A stretch of 64,000 nt of DNA from Candidatus Latescibacterota bacterium (lineage in GTDB: Bacteria; Latescibacterota; UBA2968; GCA-2709665): the NCBI GenBank assembly GCA_965116875.1, contig OZ220733.1, positions 2,272,001-2,336,000 on the forward strand. The letters run 5' to 3'. Shown piece after piece: positions 30,768 through 40,596 of this stretch. Positions within the stretch are counted from its first letter, which is position 1. Each line of letters starts with the position of its first letter. A program made the position numbers and the translations under genes. The notes beneath the pieces were generated by a model that was not told the DNA's origin, did not search any database, and saw only the letters and a program-made list of their open reading frames with translations.

Positions 30768-32154
30768 GATTCTGGTTGTGGACGATGAACCGGCGGCGCG
30801 CCTCGGTCTCAAGCGCGCGCTCGCGGCGCTGCCCTGCGAGGTTATCGAAGCCGGAGACGGAACGGCGGCGCTCGAGGAAATCGCGCGCGGCGGTCCCGAT
30901 CTGGTGATCTGCGATATCCAGATGCCCAGAATGGACGGTCTGACGCTCATGAAGCGGCTGGCCGAACAGGAAAACCGGCCTCCTGTCATCATGATGACCG
31001 CGTACGGATCGGAGCGGATCGCCGTGGATGCCATGAAGGCGGGCGCGTACGATTACGTCAGCAAGCCTTACGACGTGGACGAACTTCGCTGCCTCGCACA
31101 AAACGCGCTCGAGACCGTTCGGTTACGGAGGGAAAACGAAACGCTGCGCGACGAGATCCGGCGTCAGTCCGGGTTTGGATTGTTGATCGGCCGCAGCCGC
31201 GCCATGGATCGGGTCTGCGACATGATCGACAAGGTGGCCGGGACCGACGCCACAGTGCTGATAAACGGTGAAAGCGGGACGGGCAAGGAACTTGTGGCGC
31301 GGGCGATTCACGAACAGGGAGAACGAAAGGACCGCCCGTTTGTCGCGGTGAATGCCGCGGCGCTGCCCACCGAGTTGATCGAAAGCGAGCTGTTCGGTCA
31401 TGAGAAGGGCGCATTTACGGGGGCCGCTTCCAGGCGAAAGGGCAAATTCGAGGTCGCGGACGGCGGAACGCTTTTTCTGGATGAAATCGGGGACATGCAC
31501 CTCGAAACCCAGGCGAAGCTGTTGCGCGTGCTTCAGGAGCAGCGGTTCGAGCGGCTGGGCGGCTCGGAGACGGTGGCGGTGGACGTCCGGATGATCAGCG
31601 CCACCAACCGGGACCTTCCCGACGAGATCTCGCGGGGGCGGTTCCGGGAAGACCTCTACTATCGGCTGAAAGTCGTTGATATCTTCCTGCCCCCGCTGCG
31701 CGACCGCCGGGAGGATATTCCCATGCTTGTCCGGCATTTTCTCGAGCAATCCAATCGGAGACATGAAAAGGCGGTAACGGACGTGCCACCGGACGCGATG
31801 AGACTGCTGGCGGCGTATGCCTGGCCGGGGAACGTTCGCGAACTGATGCACGCCGTGGAGCGTGCGGTCATCTTCGCGGAGGATGCGGTCCTCGGCGAAG
31901 ATCTGTTACCCGCGGAAATCCGGGCGGGCGGGGCGGAACCCACGGGCGCCGGAGCGACAGGCTGGTCGGAAGGCGTCATGTTTCAAAACGCAAAACAGGA
32001 GGCCGTGCATTCCTTCGAAGCCGCGTTCATACGGTCGGCGCTGGAGCAGCACCAGGGCAATATGAGCCGCACGGCCCCGGCCATAGGCATGAAACGGCAG
32101 GCGCTTCAGCAGAAAGTCAGGGAACTGGGGATCGATCCGGAAAAATACAGATAA
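30757..32154 (+). CDS. Sigma54-dependent response regulator (NtrC family)
   Basis: ILVVDDE receiver, [30 protein letters not shown]-terminal HTH. Confidence 0.95.
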   Translation: MRHKILVVDDEPAARLGLKRALAALPCEVIEAGDGTAALEEIARGGPDLVICDIQMPRMDGLTLMKRLAEQENRPPVIMMTAYGSERIAVDAMKAGAYDYVSKPYDVDELRCLAQNALETVRLRRENETLRDEIRRQSGFGLLIGRSRAMDRVCDMIDKVAGTDATVLINGESGTGKELVARAIHEQGERKDRPFVAVNAAALPTELIESELFGHEKGAFTGAASRRKGKFEVADGGTLFLDEIGDMHLETQAKLLRVLQEQRFERLGGSETVAVDVRMISATNRDLPDEISRGRFREDLYYRLKVVDIFLPPLRDRREDIPMLVRHFLEQSNRRHEKAVTDVPPDAMRLLAAYAWPGNVRELMHAVERAVIFAEDAVLGEDLLPAEIRAGGAEPTGAGATGWSEGVMFQNAKQEAVHSFEAAFIRSALEQHQGNMSRTAPAIGMKRQALQQKVRELGIDPEKYR

Positions 32155-32302
32155 GGGAAGAAGTAAGAAGGTAGAAGGAAGAAGGAAAAGGGCCACACCG
32201 CACACCACCAGTCATCGATACGGCCTGGCGACCGGAGACACATCTCGTGTTTCCGGTTTTTTTTCATTCGTGCCAACGGCGCTTTGCATGCAAGAACCGG
32301 AT

Positions 32303-32332
32303 TGCAGGTGCAAGTTTCGGATGGCACCTGCA
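32303..32332. promoter_or_regulatory. Putative enhancer (UAS) inverted repeat
   Basis: TGCAGGTGC-N12-GCACCTGCA about 60-90 nt upstream of the sigma54 site. Confidence 0.5.
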
Positions 32333-32389
32333 CGTTTTTTTTGGGACGGATTGTCCTGGAATCGGCCTGTTTTCGCGCACAATCGGTTA

Positions 32390-32405
32390 TGGCACGGGGT
32401 TTGCA
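32390..32405 (+). promoter_or_regulatory. Sigma54 (-24/-12) promoter
   Basis: TGGCACGGGGTTTGCA matches TGGCACG-N4-TTGCW consensus. Confidence 0.8.
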
Positions 32406-32434
32406 CAAGGTGTGCTGCAGGAAAGGAGGACGTA

Positions 32435-33082
32435 ATGTCCACGCACACATTGACGTTTGCAGCCACCCTTCAGCGCCACACCGCCAACCTGATTACCGCC
32501 TTCCGCGTCGTCTGCCTGTTCATGGCGGCGGCTTTTGCGGTCACCGGAGATACCGTACTGGCCTGGCTTGCGGTTCCCCTGGCGTTCGCGGCGCTGTTGA
32601 TGGACTGGCTGGACGGGTTCGCCGCGCGCCGGCTGGGATGCGAAAGCAAGGTGGGCGGCCTGCTCGACATCGTGGGGGACCGGATCGCGGAGAACGTGTG
32701 GTGGGTGGTGTTCGCGTGGCTGCATCTGGTCCCCCTGTGGGTGCCGCTGGTGGTGCTCAGCAGGGGATTCGTGACGGACGCCATTCGGAGCTGCGCGCTT
32801 TCGCAGGGGCAGACCGCGTTCGGAGAGACGACGATGATGCGGTCGCGCATCGGATACGGTCTGGTCGCCTCCCGCGCAAGCAGGGCGACGTACGGGATTG
32901 CGAAAGTGATCGCGTTTGTCGCGCTGTTCATCCAGAACGCGGTTCAACACTCGACAAGCCTTGCTCCCGGATTGGACTCAGGCGTGGAGTCGGTCGCCCT
33001 CGCGGCGACCTACCTGACCGTCGCCCTCTGCGCGATACGGGGGATTCCCGTGATCACCGCCGCAAAAAGGGTTGTCATCTAA
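32435..33082 (+). CDS. CDP-alcohol phosphatidyltransferase family protein (PgsA-like)
   Basis: ANLITAFR; D.LDG..ARR....S..G..LD..GD signature; AAGGAGG RBS. Confidence 0.9.
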   Translation: MSTHTLTFAATLQRHTANLITAFRVVCLFMAAAFAVTGDTVLAWLAVPLAFAALLMDWLDGFAARRLGCESKVGGLLDIVGDRIAENVWWVVFAWLHLVPLWVPLVVLSRGFVTDAIRSCALSQGQTAFGETTMMRSRIGYGLVASRASRATYGIAKVIAFVALFIQNAVQHSTSLAPGLDSGVESVALAATYLTVALCAIRGIPVITAAKRVVI

Positions 33083-33169
33083 CAGCCCGTCGAAAAAGTC
33101 CATCCGGGCTCGCCTGCAGAGCGACTTTCTCAACGGACTGCTAACGGATCGGTTTTCGAGGAGAACGTG

Positions 33170-34201
33170 ATGAAACAGGAAGCATATATACTGCTCTGGT
33201 TGCTGGGCCTGGCATGCCTTGGCGTGCTGCTTTATCAGCTCGGTGAACCGGAGGTGTGGCGGCACGTGGTGGTGATGGGCTGGGGATACATCCCGATAAT
33301 TGGAATTACCCTGGCAGCCTATGTGAATAACGTCTGTGCATGGCGGGAGAGTTTTGACGGCGGGACCGAAAGGCCTCGAATGAGACCGTTGCTCTGGGTG
33401 AAACTGGTTGGCGAAGCCCTGGGCAACGTGATGCCGGCCTCGCAGATCAGCAAAGAGGTCGCGAAAGTGATGATGCTGAGGGAGCGGATGGGCGTGACCG
33501 CCGGGGTGTCGTCTCTCGTGCTCACCAAGACGGGCGAGATGGTCAGCGGCGTTCTCTTCGTCCTGGGCGGCGTTCTGGCGGGTCTTCACCGCTACGTGTT
33601 TCCTGAGGAAATCCGATGGGCGCTTTTTGCCGCGCTGACAATCGCCGTCGTCGGCACCGTGTTTACCGTGGTGAGACAGCGCCGCGACCCTTTTACCGGG
33701 CTTGTGAACCAGTTGGTGCGGATGCGGATCTCGTTTGTGGCGCGGTACCGCGACCGGGCGGGGGAAATCGATCGGAATCTGGCCGCGTTCTACCGGCTGA
33801 ATGGTTGGCGTCTGGCGGGCCTGCTGGGTATGCACGTGGTGACATGGGGCCTCGGAACGCTTGAGATCTATGTGATCCTTCATGTGCTGGGCGAGCCGAT
33901 GCCGCTGGTTTCGGTCTACCTGTTCCACTCGCTGATGATGGTGATCAATGTCATTTTCGGTTTCGTCCCCTATGGCATGGGGGTCTTCGAAGGCGGACAC
34001 GTGTTCCTCTTCCACCTGATGGGACTGGATCCGGGGACCGGACTGGCCGTGGGCATCGTGCGGAGAATCCGGAAGATCTTCTGGATGCTGTTCGGCCTGC
34101 TGCTGCTTCTGCTGGGTTCCCGCACAATCCGGTTCAGGACGCCGAAGGAGAAGGACGGTCTCGAACGAATGGAAGCCACGGCGTCATTGCACCGCGGGTA
34201 A
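33170..34201 (+). CDS. Lysylphosphatidylglycerol-synthase TM / flippase-like membrane protein
   Basis: Multi-TM; GEALGNVMP...KEVAK and PYGMGVFEGG...GL....VRRIR motifs typical of the LPG_synthase_TM family. Confidence 0.75.
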   Translation: MKQEAYILLWLLGLACLGVLLYQLGEPEVWRHVVVMGWGYIPIIGITLAAYVNNVCAWRESFDGGTERPRMRPLLWVKLVGEALGNVMPASQISKEVAKVMMLRERMGVTAGVSSLVLTKTGEMVSGVLFVLGGVLAGLHRYVFPEEIRWALFAALTIAVVGTVFTVVRQRRDPFTGLVNQLVRMRISFVARYRDRAGEIDRNLAAFYRLNGWRLAGLLGMHVVTWGLGTLEIYVILHVLGEPMPLVSVYLFHSLMMVINVIFGFVPYGMGVFEGGHVFLFHLMGLDPGTGLAVGIVRRIRKIFWMLFGLLLLLLGSRTIRFRTPKEKDGLERMEATASLHRG

Positions 34202-34264
34202 GCACCGTCTGGAATCTTTATTCGGTACAACGGTTTGGTCCACGAGAGACACTGGAGGAAGATC

Positions 34265-35404
34265 GTGAAAATTACGACACTCATCCTGACCGTGACAATC
34301 GTGTTCTGTGCGATACCCCCGTCCGCTGCACAGGCGGCCTCACAATTGCGGGTCCCGCGGCAGGCGGATCCGGCTGTTGAAGCGGCCATTCAGAGGCTCA
34401 GTGAGAAGACGGTTACGGTAATGCCCGGTAAGGACCTTGATCTGAATAAGCTCTCGTCCGGATTGTATACTTACGTGGTGTTCAATTTGAAAGAGACGGA
34501 AAGCGCGGCGATGGGCCGGATTGTCTCCTGCGACTCGAATCGAATCGTCGTCGCGGCGGGTGCAGGGAGTGGATGGGAGATCGCGCTTCACGATATCGTG
34601 GTCCTCGCCGTGGCCGACAACCCGGGCGGTATCGAGCTGTGGCGAATGGCGCGGCGTGAGATGTTGGAGGTCCGGGAGACGGTGATATCCGGCGAAAATC
34701 CCAATCTCGAAGATTTGAGAATCGGATGGCACGCACACGTTGACTATCGATCCTCCGATATCGAGCGCTCCGCCACGGGAGTGATAACGCGTATAGACGC
34801 AGATCATATCGAGATCAAACCAGGGAAAGAGCCGGAAGTCCGGCAGAGAATCCGGAAGGGTAATATCGAGCGCATCTTAATTTTCCGAGGTCGCAGCAAA
34901 TTGGATCGCTGGCGGAAAGCGAGGGAGGCAATGCGCCAACTGCAGGGTCCCAGGGTCCGGTTGAGGGCGCCCTCGATATCGCCGGAATGGATGATCGGTA
35001 GGTTCGCAGGTTCCGTCCGTGACACACTTGTGGTCCTGTCCGAACGCGGTACCGAACGGGTCCACCGTACTCTCGTCAAGGATCTGGAAGTAAGCATGGG
35101 TCGCCGCCGAAACACGATCAAGGGTATGGCCATAGGGGCTCTTGCCGGACTCGGCACGGCATTTCTGTTATATCCTTATAATGTATCTGACGACGATAGA
35201 AGAGGGGAGATTGCAGAAAGGGACCGCGCGGACCGATTCTTCTACGCCGTTCTGGTGGTGCCACTCGCGACAGTCTGTGGCACCCTCGCCGGCGCCAGGA
35301 CGATTGCCGAAAAATGGGTCGAAGTCCCCCCTTCGCGGATCAATCTGAGCATCGCGCCGACAAGGGAAAGAGGACTTCGAGCCGCGGTATCGTTCAACTT
35401 TTAG
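34265..35404 (+). CDS. Exported hypothetical protein, family A (2 repeats + C-terminal module)
   Basis: GGAGG RBS, signal peptide, two ~85-aa repeats, C-terminus LSIAPTRERGLRAAVSFNF. Confidence 0.8.
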   Translation: MKITTLILTVTIVFCAIPPSAAQAASQLRVPRQADPAVEAAIQRLSEKTVTVMPGKDLDLNKLSSGLYTYVVFNLKETESAAMGRIVSCDSNRIVVAAGAGSGWEIALHDIVVLAVADNPGGIELWRMARREMLEVRETVISGENPNLEDLRIGWHAHVDYRSSDIERSATGVITRIDADHIEIKPGKEPEVRQRIRKGNIERILIFRGRSKLDRWRKAREAMRQLQGPRVRLRAPSISPEWMIGRFAGSVRDTLVVLSERGTERVHRTLVKDLEVSMGRRRNTIKGMAIGALAGLGTAFLLYPYNVSDDDRRGEIAERDRADRFFYAVLVVPLATVCGTLAGARTIAEKWVEVPPSRINLSIAPTRERGLRAAVSFNF

Positions 35405-35633
35405 GTGTCTGCCAGGGCGCAGGGGTGCCGCGATTACTGTGTCAATAGACCGTCTACCCAGGTGGCAAGACTGTAACGGAGGGAAGAAGGAAGAAGGAAA
35501 AAGGAAGAAGGAAGAAAAACCGCAAAGGCGGGGTGACGTGGGACGCAGGATGCGAGGGAAATCCGAAACGAAAGGAGCGAGGGAGACCTCTCGCGTCCTG
35601 CGCCTCGAACAAACCGCGTTTTCCTCTTCCTTC
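35405..35633. repeat. Duplicated ~230-bp intergenic element, copy 1 (copy 2 at 39288-39523)
   Basis: Alignable end to end with copy 2; contains GAAGGAA tract and shared GAAAGGAGCGAGGGAGACCTCTCGCGTCCTGCGCC. Confidence 0.85.
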
Positions 35634-35698
35634 GACTCTCGTTCTTCGTGCCTTCGTAGAGCCGGACAATACAGGACAATTGTCAGCGAGGCGGATTC

Positions 35699-37060
35699 AT
35701 GAAGACAAACGCGATGTTGTTGTTCGCAGCGATCTTGACCACGATTGCCGCGCCCTCCGCTTCCTTCGCCGCACAAGGTTCCGAGAGCGGGGGCGTCATT
35801 GTGATGTCGCGCGGAGAGGTGAACCCCACGACGCTCGAGACGGGTATGTACGCATACGCGGCCTACAAGGCGAAGGGAATCGAAGGGTCAGCGTGGGGTC
35901 GAATTGTGCGAATCGAGCCGGACGGTATCGTGATCGAATCCGAGGCCGAGCCATTGGAAACACGGAAAATATCGTTTGGTGACGTTGATATTCTGGCCGT
36001 CGCGAAAGATCGGCTTTCCTTCGAATCGTGGCTGGATCTGAGACTGGCCGCGGAGAAGATCACCGTCATGACCCGCAATGACCTCGACCTGACGAAGCTC
36101 GCGACCGGATCGTACGCGCACGTGGTCTATACGTGGCGGGGTCTCAAGAGGGCGTCATTCGGAAAGGTCCTGGAGGTAGCGCCGCATGGCATTCTGGTCC
36201 TATCCGGGACTGAGCAGACTGAGACGGCGAAGATTGCGGCCGCCGAGATCGACACACTCGCGTTTGCCAATTCCCTGCAGGCCGTGGAGCGTTGGCAGAA
36301 GTGGTCCGAGCGCGGCATCGTCCAAATGTCGCGCTGGGATTTGAATCCTTCGATGCTCGAGGAAGGGCTACACGTTCACGTTGTCTACAATTCCCATGGC
36401 AGAAAACGAAAAGCAGTCGGAAGAATCATAGGCACGTACGGCGATAGAGTTGTGATTCAGTACCGGGTGGGAGGCAAGGCCACGTGGGCGCACCCGGAAA
36501 ATCTGGAAATCGCATATCGCGACGTCGAGACCGTCATTGCGGCCAGGGATCGACAAGACCTCCAGACTTTGGGACGGACGAGGACCTACTTCGGTTACTC
36601 CAATGGGCACAAGGTTGAGGGCCGGGCCCGCGTTGCCATGAAGCTGATTTTCGGGTCGGCACTCGGCGCTGTTACGGCTGCGCCAGCGGCCCTGAGTCAC
36701 TTCCCCGAGCATTATCGTGATGATCCCGGTCCTCCATTGGAAGTTGTTCCTGTAGCCATTCTACATGTCGCCGCAACAGCCTGGGTCATCAACAAAGTGG
36801 ATCCGCTCGCACGATATGGACCGACATTTACAGGCAGTCTGTTAGGGTGCGCTGCTGTTTCCTCCGCGGTTCTGCTGAGTGATCTGGATGGCTACCAGGG
36901 TCCCGCGGTTGCGTGGCTCGGGTATATTGCGGTAACGACACTTGCTGCAACAATTGCCTCCGAGATTTCACGGGAACTGCCTGACGGACCCGGTTTCTCA
37001 GTCGGCCTGGCTCCGCGGAGAAACGGTAGCCTGTCCGCTGTCGCAGCGTATCGATTCTAG
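35699..37060 (+). CDS. Exported hypothetical protein, family A (3 repeats)
   Basis: Signal peptide; three repeats (MSRGEVNP..GMYAYAAY, MTRNDLD..GSYAHVVY, MSRWDLNP..GLHVHVVY); ends SVGLAPRRNGSLSAVAAYRF. Confidence 0.8.
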   Translation: MKTNAMLLFAAILTTIAAPSASFAAQGSESGGVIVMSRGEVNPTTLETGMYAYAAYKAKGIEGSAWGRIVRIEPDGIVIESEAEPLETRKISFGDVDILAVAKDRLSFESWLDLRLAAEKITVMTRNDLDLTKLATGSYAHVVYTWRGLKRASFGKVLEVAPHGILVLSGTEQTETAKIAAAEIDTLAFANSLQAVERWQKWSERGIVQMSRWDLNPSMLEEGLHVHVVYNSHGRKRKAVGRIIGTYGDRVVIQYRVGGKATWAHPENLEIAYRDVETVIAARDRQDLQTLGRTRTYFGYSNGHKVEGRARVAMKLIFGSALGAVTAAPAALSHFPEHYRDDPGPPLEVVPVAILHVAATAWVINKVDPLARYGPTFTGSLLGCAAVSSAVLLSDLDGYQGPAVAWLGYIAVTTLAATIASEISRELPDGPGFSVGLAPRRNGSLSAVAAYRF

Positions 37061-37063
37061 CAA

Positions 37064-37586
37064 ACGAACCGGTCTCGCTTCGCGTCCGCGTGGTCTACAA
37101 ACGTCCCGAAAAGACGGACGCGGTCCCGAACGGATACGCGGCGGACCATGCATGGATGGAGTTCCAAGAGTTTAGGGAGACGTTTTCGGGGCACGGGATG
37201 GAGGGGAAGAGAATGAAGGAAGAAGGAAGAAGGAAGAAGGAAGGAAAGTAAAAGACGGGAGAACAAACCACAGCGGAGATGGCGATCCTGGTTGCACCGG
37301 GATACTCTAGGCGCTGTGAACACGCACCTCCCGATCGAGTTTGCCGGAGAGGGTGTCGCGGGCGTTTTCAAGGTCGTACCGGGTTTGCAGGTTCATCCAG
37401 AACTGAGCTTCCATTGAAAAAAAGCGTCCCAATCTCAAGGCTGTATCCGCAGTAATGCGCCGTTTCCCGTGGATGATTTCATTGATGCGCCGCGGCGGCA
37501 CATTGATTGACTTCGCCAGGTGATACTGACTCATCTGCATCGGCTTGAGGAAATCTTCCAGCAGGATCTCGCCCGGATGAATCGGC
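37064..37586. repeat. Segmental duplication copy 1 (3' end of 39550 gene + purine tract + higA); copy 2 at 40301-40876
   Basis: ACGAACCGGTCTCGCTTC...GGACCATGCATGGATGGAGTT and the higA body align between copies. Confidence 0.88.
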
Positions 37587-37606
37587 GGAAAGTCGCGGGT
37601 CTTCAC
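37307..37606 (-). CDS. higA: HigA family antitoxin (HTH)
   Basis: PIHPGEILLEDFL, RINEIIHGKRRITADTALRL, FWMNLQ. Confidence 0.93.
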   Translation of the reverse strand: MKTRDFPPIHPGEILLEDFLKPMQMSQYHLAKSINVPPRRINEIIHGKRRITADTALRLGRFFSMEAQFWMNLQTRYDLENARDTLSGKLDREVRVHSA

Positions 37607-37615
37607 AATATCTCC

Positions 37616-37897
37616 TTAATGATAATCGACGATCTCGACGTCGTATGCGTCATCGTCTCGCCATACGAAACACACACGCCACTGGTCGTTAATGCGAATG
37701 CTATGCTGCCCTTTACGATCATGGGATAACGCTTCGAGTCGGTTGCCGCGAGGTACGTGGAGCGTTTCAAGGATCGTCGCGGCGTTCAGTTGCTCGAGCT
37801 TGCGTGCGGCCGTTCTTTGAATATCCTGCGGCAATTTCAGGGAAAACCGGCCGCGAAATATCTTCTCGGCTTCCCTGTCCCTGAAGGATCGGATCAC
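37616..37897 (-). CDS. higB: HigB/RelE-family toxin
   Basis: MIRSFRD, GNRLEAL, QHSIRINDQWRVCF, VEIVDYH; upstream of antitoxin. Confidence 0.93.
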   Translation of the reverse strand: MIRSFRDREAEKIFRGRFSLKLPQDIQRTAARKLEQLNAATILETLHVPRGNRLEALSHDRKGQHSIRINDQWRVCFVWRDDDAYDVEIVDYH

Positions 37898-37903
37898 CCA
37901 CTA

Positions 37904-37940
37904 AGCATAACAACCTCTAGTAATAACGTCAAGCGTTATT
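37904..37940 (-). promoter_or_regulatory. higBA promoter with overlapping operator palindrome
   Basis: TTGACG-17 nt-TATGCT on minus strand; AATAACG-TCAAG-CGTTATT (37922-37940) covers the -35. Confidence 0.7.
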
Positions 37941-38051
37941 GTGTGAAAAAACATGGATGAACTCGCAATCGCGACAGGAGCGCTGACTTACTCGGGGATT
38001 TGAATAGACGTTAAATGGCGAATGATGATATCATCTGCCAAAGGGGGGTTT

Positions 38052-39287
38052 ATGAAACCGACCTCGTTCGCTTGGGTTGCAAGTTTTCTGTTGGAGATCC
38101 TTGCCCCATGTATCTCGCATGCCTCCGGACAACTGCAAGTCGAGGAGGCCGGCCGCGTTGCGAGATCGAACACTATCAGCGATAGCGGCAGAAAACAAAC
38201 GCCGGAGGACGACACTGCCGCACACGTCGTGCAACGGGTTTACAGAGGGTTCGACGACAATGATATCATCCCGCTGGCACGGGTGAATGTGGAGCCGAAG
38301 CGCCCAATCGAGGGGTTTGAAGAGGAAGCTGCAATCTACACATCACGGGATGAATTCGACCCGGAGAGGATTAAGAAGGGGTACTATGCCCATGTAGTTT
38401 ACTCAAGGAGAGGTGAGTGGAACACGGCAGCGGGTAAGATCGAGGATACATTCTCGGACAATTTCATAATCAGATCGGTCTCAGGATTTTGGATGAGTTG
38501 GAGGATTGCACATGACGAGATTGAAACGATGGTTACGTATCGAAACCGGCGGAACATCGAGTCGTGGCTACAGACGAGAACGGCCATAGTACGCTTTCAC
38601 GAGACTCTCCTGTATGTTATGACGCGGGACGACATCGACCAGGCAAGGCTGAAGAAGGGCGCCTATGCCACTGTATTTTATAGTACGGAACGCACGATGA
38701 AAACGGCATTTGGCAAGATTGCGGACAAAGACGAGGATCAGATAGAGATCCAATCCAATCCCTTGATGAGATGGAAAATCACAAAAGGCGACATCGACAT
38801 GCTGGTTCTTGGTGAATCAAGGAGCGACATGGATGGATGGTTTCGTGAAAAATATCCCGCAATCCGGGTAAAAACTGGTTCGATATCGAGAAGGCGAATC
38901 ACCGGACGTTTTTTCGCAGTAAAGGGGGACACCCTAATTGTGGTTTCCGATCGCGGTTTTGAACGGATCCATTTATCGTCAATTGACGATTTCGAAGTAA
39001 GCGTAGGACGGTACAGAAACACGGGCAAGGGCATGTTAATCGGCGCCGCATTGGGACTTGCAATCCTTGCGCCGACCGCACTCTCGCAAGATGACGACTA
39101 CGAATTACAGGGGTTGGTAAACTATGGCGTGACAGTGTCTTCCTTATGCGTTTTCATTGGATCTGCGATAGTTGGCTATGCGAAAAAATCCAACAAATGG
39201 GTTGACGTCTCACCAATCCGCCTCAATCTGGGTATCGCGCCCACGCAGAAAGGAGGTGTTCATACCGCGCTGTCTTTCGATTTTTAG
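38052..39287 (+). CDS. Exported hypothetical protein, family A (2 repeats + C-terminal module)
   Basis: Repeats SRDEFDPERIKKGYYAHVVY and MTRDDIDQARLKKGAYATVFY; GRYRNTGKGMLIG; ends LGIAPTQKGGVHTALSFDF. Confidence 0.8.
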   Translation: MKPTSFAWVASFLLEILAPCISHASGQLQVEEAGRVARSNTISDSGRKQTPEDDTAAHVVQRVYRGFDDNDIIPLARVNVEPKRPIEGFEEEAAIYTSRDEFDPERIKKGYYAHVVYSRRGEWNTAAGKIEDTFSDNFIIRSVSGFWMSWRIAHDEIETMVTYRNRRNIESWLQTRTAIVRFHETLLYVMTRDDIDQARLKKGAYATVFYSTERTMKTAFGKIADKDEDQIEIQSNPLMRWKITKGDIDMLVLGESRSDMDGWFREKYPAIRVKTGSISRRRITGRFFAVKGDTLIVVSDRGFERIHLSSIDDFEVSVGRYRNTGKGMLIGAALGLAILAPTALSQDDDYELQGLVNYGVTVSSLCVFIGSAIVGYAKKSNKWVDVSPIRLNLGIAPTQKGGVHTALSFDF

Positions 39288-39523
39288 GTGTCTGCCAAGG
39301 CGCGCGGATGTAGCGATTACTATGACGGCAGATCGTCAATCCATGTGGCAAGACGCTAAAGGCGGGGAGACGGAAGAAGGAAGAAGGAAGAAGGAAGAAC
39401 GAAGAAGGAAGAAAAACGGCAAAGGCGGTTTGACGTGGGACGCGAGGGAAATCCGGAACGAAAGGAGCGAGGGAGACCTCTCGCGTCCTGCGCCCCGAAC
39501 AAACCGCATTTTCCTCTTCCTTC
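39288..39523. repeat. Duplicated ~230-bp intergenic element, copy 2
   Basis: Matches 35405-35633; again starts right at a family A stop codon. Confidence 0.85.
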
Positions 39524-39549
39524 ATCCTTTCATCTATAGGGAGAACGAC

Positions 39550-40575
39550 GTGAGCGAACCGTGTTACTTCATATCCGCCGGAGAACTGCGTGCGATTGTG
39601 GGGGACGACACGGACCACGGCGGGGGACGGGACGAACACAGCGGGGTCTGGTTTCTGACGTCAACAAAGGACAGCCATACGGCGGTATCTCAGGGGAACG
39701 GGATCTTGCTCTTCGGCCACCACAGGGGCACGCGGCCTTCGGTGCGGCGGCTGGACGACACGTCGGTCGAGTTGTTCAAGGAGGCGGGCGATGCGAACAA
39801 CCACGTGGAAACGCGGGGGACTTATCGCCTGGTGGCGCCGCACTACATTGACTACGAGATGACGGCAACCGCCCGTTCCGGGCACCGGCCGCAGGACCGC
39901 ACGTCATTCAGCTGGTGCTGTTACGTAAACTCCCCGGCGGAAAAGGGCATTCACTTTATTGAAAACGGCCTGTGGACGTATTACTTCAATCCGGTACACG
40001 GGCAGGGCGCGATGGTCTTTCCAACCGATCTGGACGCGACCGAACGGGAACCATGGGGCCGCGAGCCGGCCACGGCGTTTCTGGACGGACAGCGGAACTT
40101 CAGTCATTCCGATTCGGGGCGTACCTTCGATTATCCATTCTATTTCGGGATGATCCGCGGGATGATGTTCCAGATTATGGCGGACGATTTTCCCGGCTTC
40201 CGGTTCTTCATCTCGCCGTCGGGCGCGGGGCAGTCGCTGCTGCGTGGGCAGAGCAGTCCGGCGTGGGATTTCGCGTGGGAGACGGATGGGCTCAGGGTGG
40301 ACGAACCGGTCTCGCTTCACGTCCGCGTGGTCTACAGACGTCCCGAAAAGACAGATGCGGTCCCGAACGGGTACGCGGCGGACCATGCATGGATGGAGTT
40401 TCAGAGGTTCAGGGAGACGTTTCCGGTGCGGGGGATGGAGGGGAAAAGGAAAAACGAAGAAGGAAGAACCGGAAAGGCCGGGAAAAGAATGAAGGAAGAA
40501 GGAAAAACGAAGAAGGAAGAACCGGAAAGGCCGGGTGACCTGAGACGGGAAAACAAACCGGAGCGGAGTTGGTGA
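39550..40575 (+). CDS. Hypothetical beta-rich cytoplasmic protein; K/E/G tail read through a purine tract
   Basis: GGGAG RBS before GTG 39550; coding-like composition; ends SPAWDF...VRVVYRR then low-complexity tail. Confidence 0.65.
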   Translation: MSEPCYFISAGELRAIVGDDTDHGGGRDEHSGVWFLTSTKDSHTAVSQGNGILLFGHHRGTRPSVRRLDDTSVELFKEAGDANNHVETRGTYRLVAPHYIDYEMTATARSGHRPQDRTSFSWCCYVNSPAEKGIHFIENGLWTYYFNPVHGQGAMVFPTDLDATEREPWGREPATAFLDGQRNFSHSDSGRTFDYPFYFGMIRGMMFQIMADDFPGFRFFISPSGAGQSLLRGQSSPAWDFAWETDGLRVDEPVSLHVRVVYRRPEKTDAVPNGYAADHAWMEFQRFRETFPVRGMEGKRKNEEGRTGKAGKRMKEEGKTKKEEPERPGDLRRENKPERSW

Positions 40576-40596
40576 TCCAGGCTCCACCGGGTTACT

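Noticed and set aside
39416-39460. GGCAAA...GGGACGC resembling a c-di-GMP-I riboswitch
   Set aside because: It lacks the GNRA-capped stem and second hairpin, and the bases needed for pairing are wrong.
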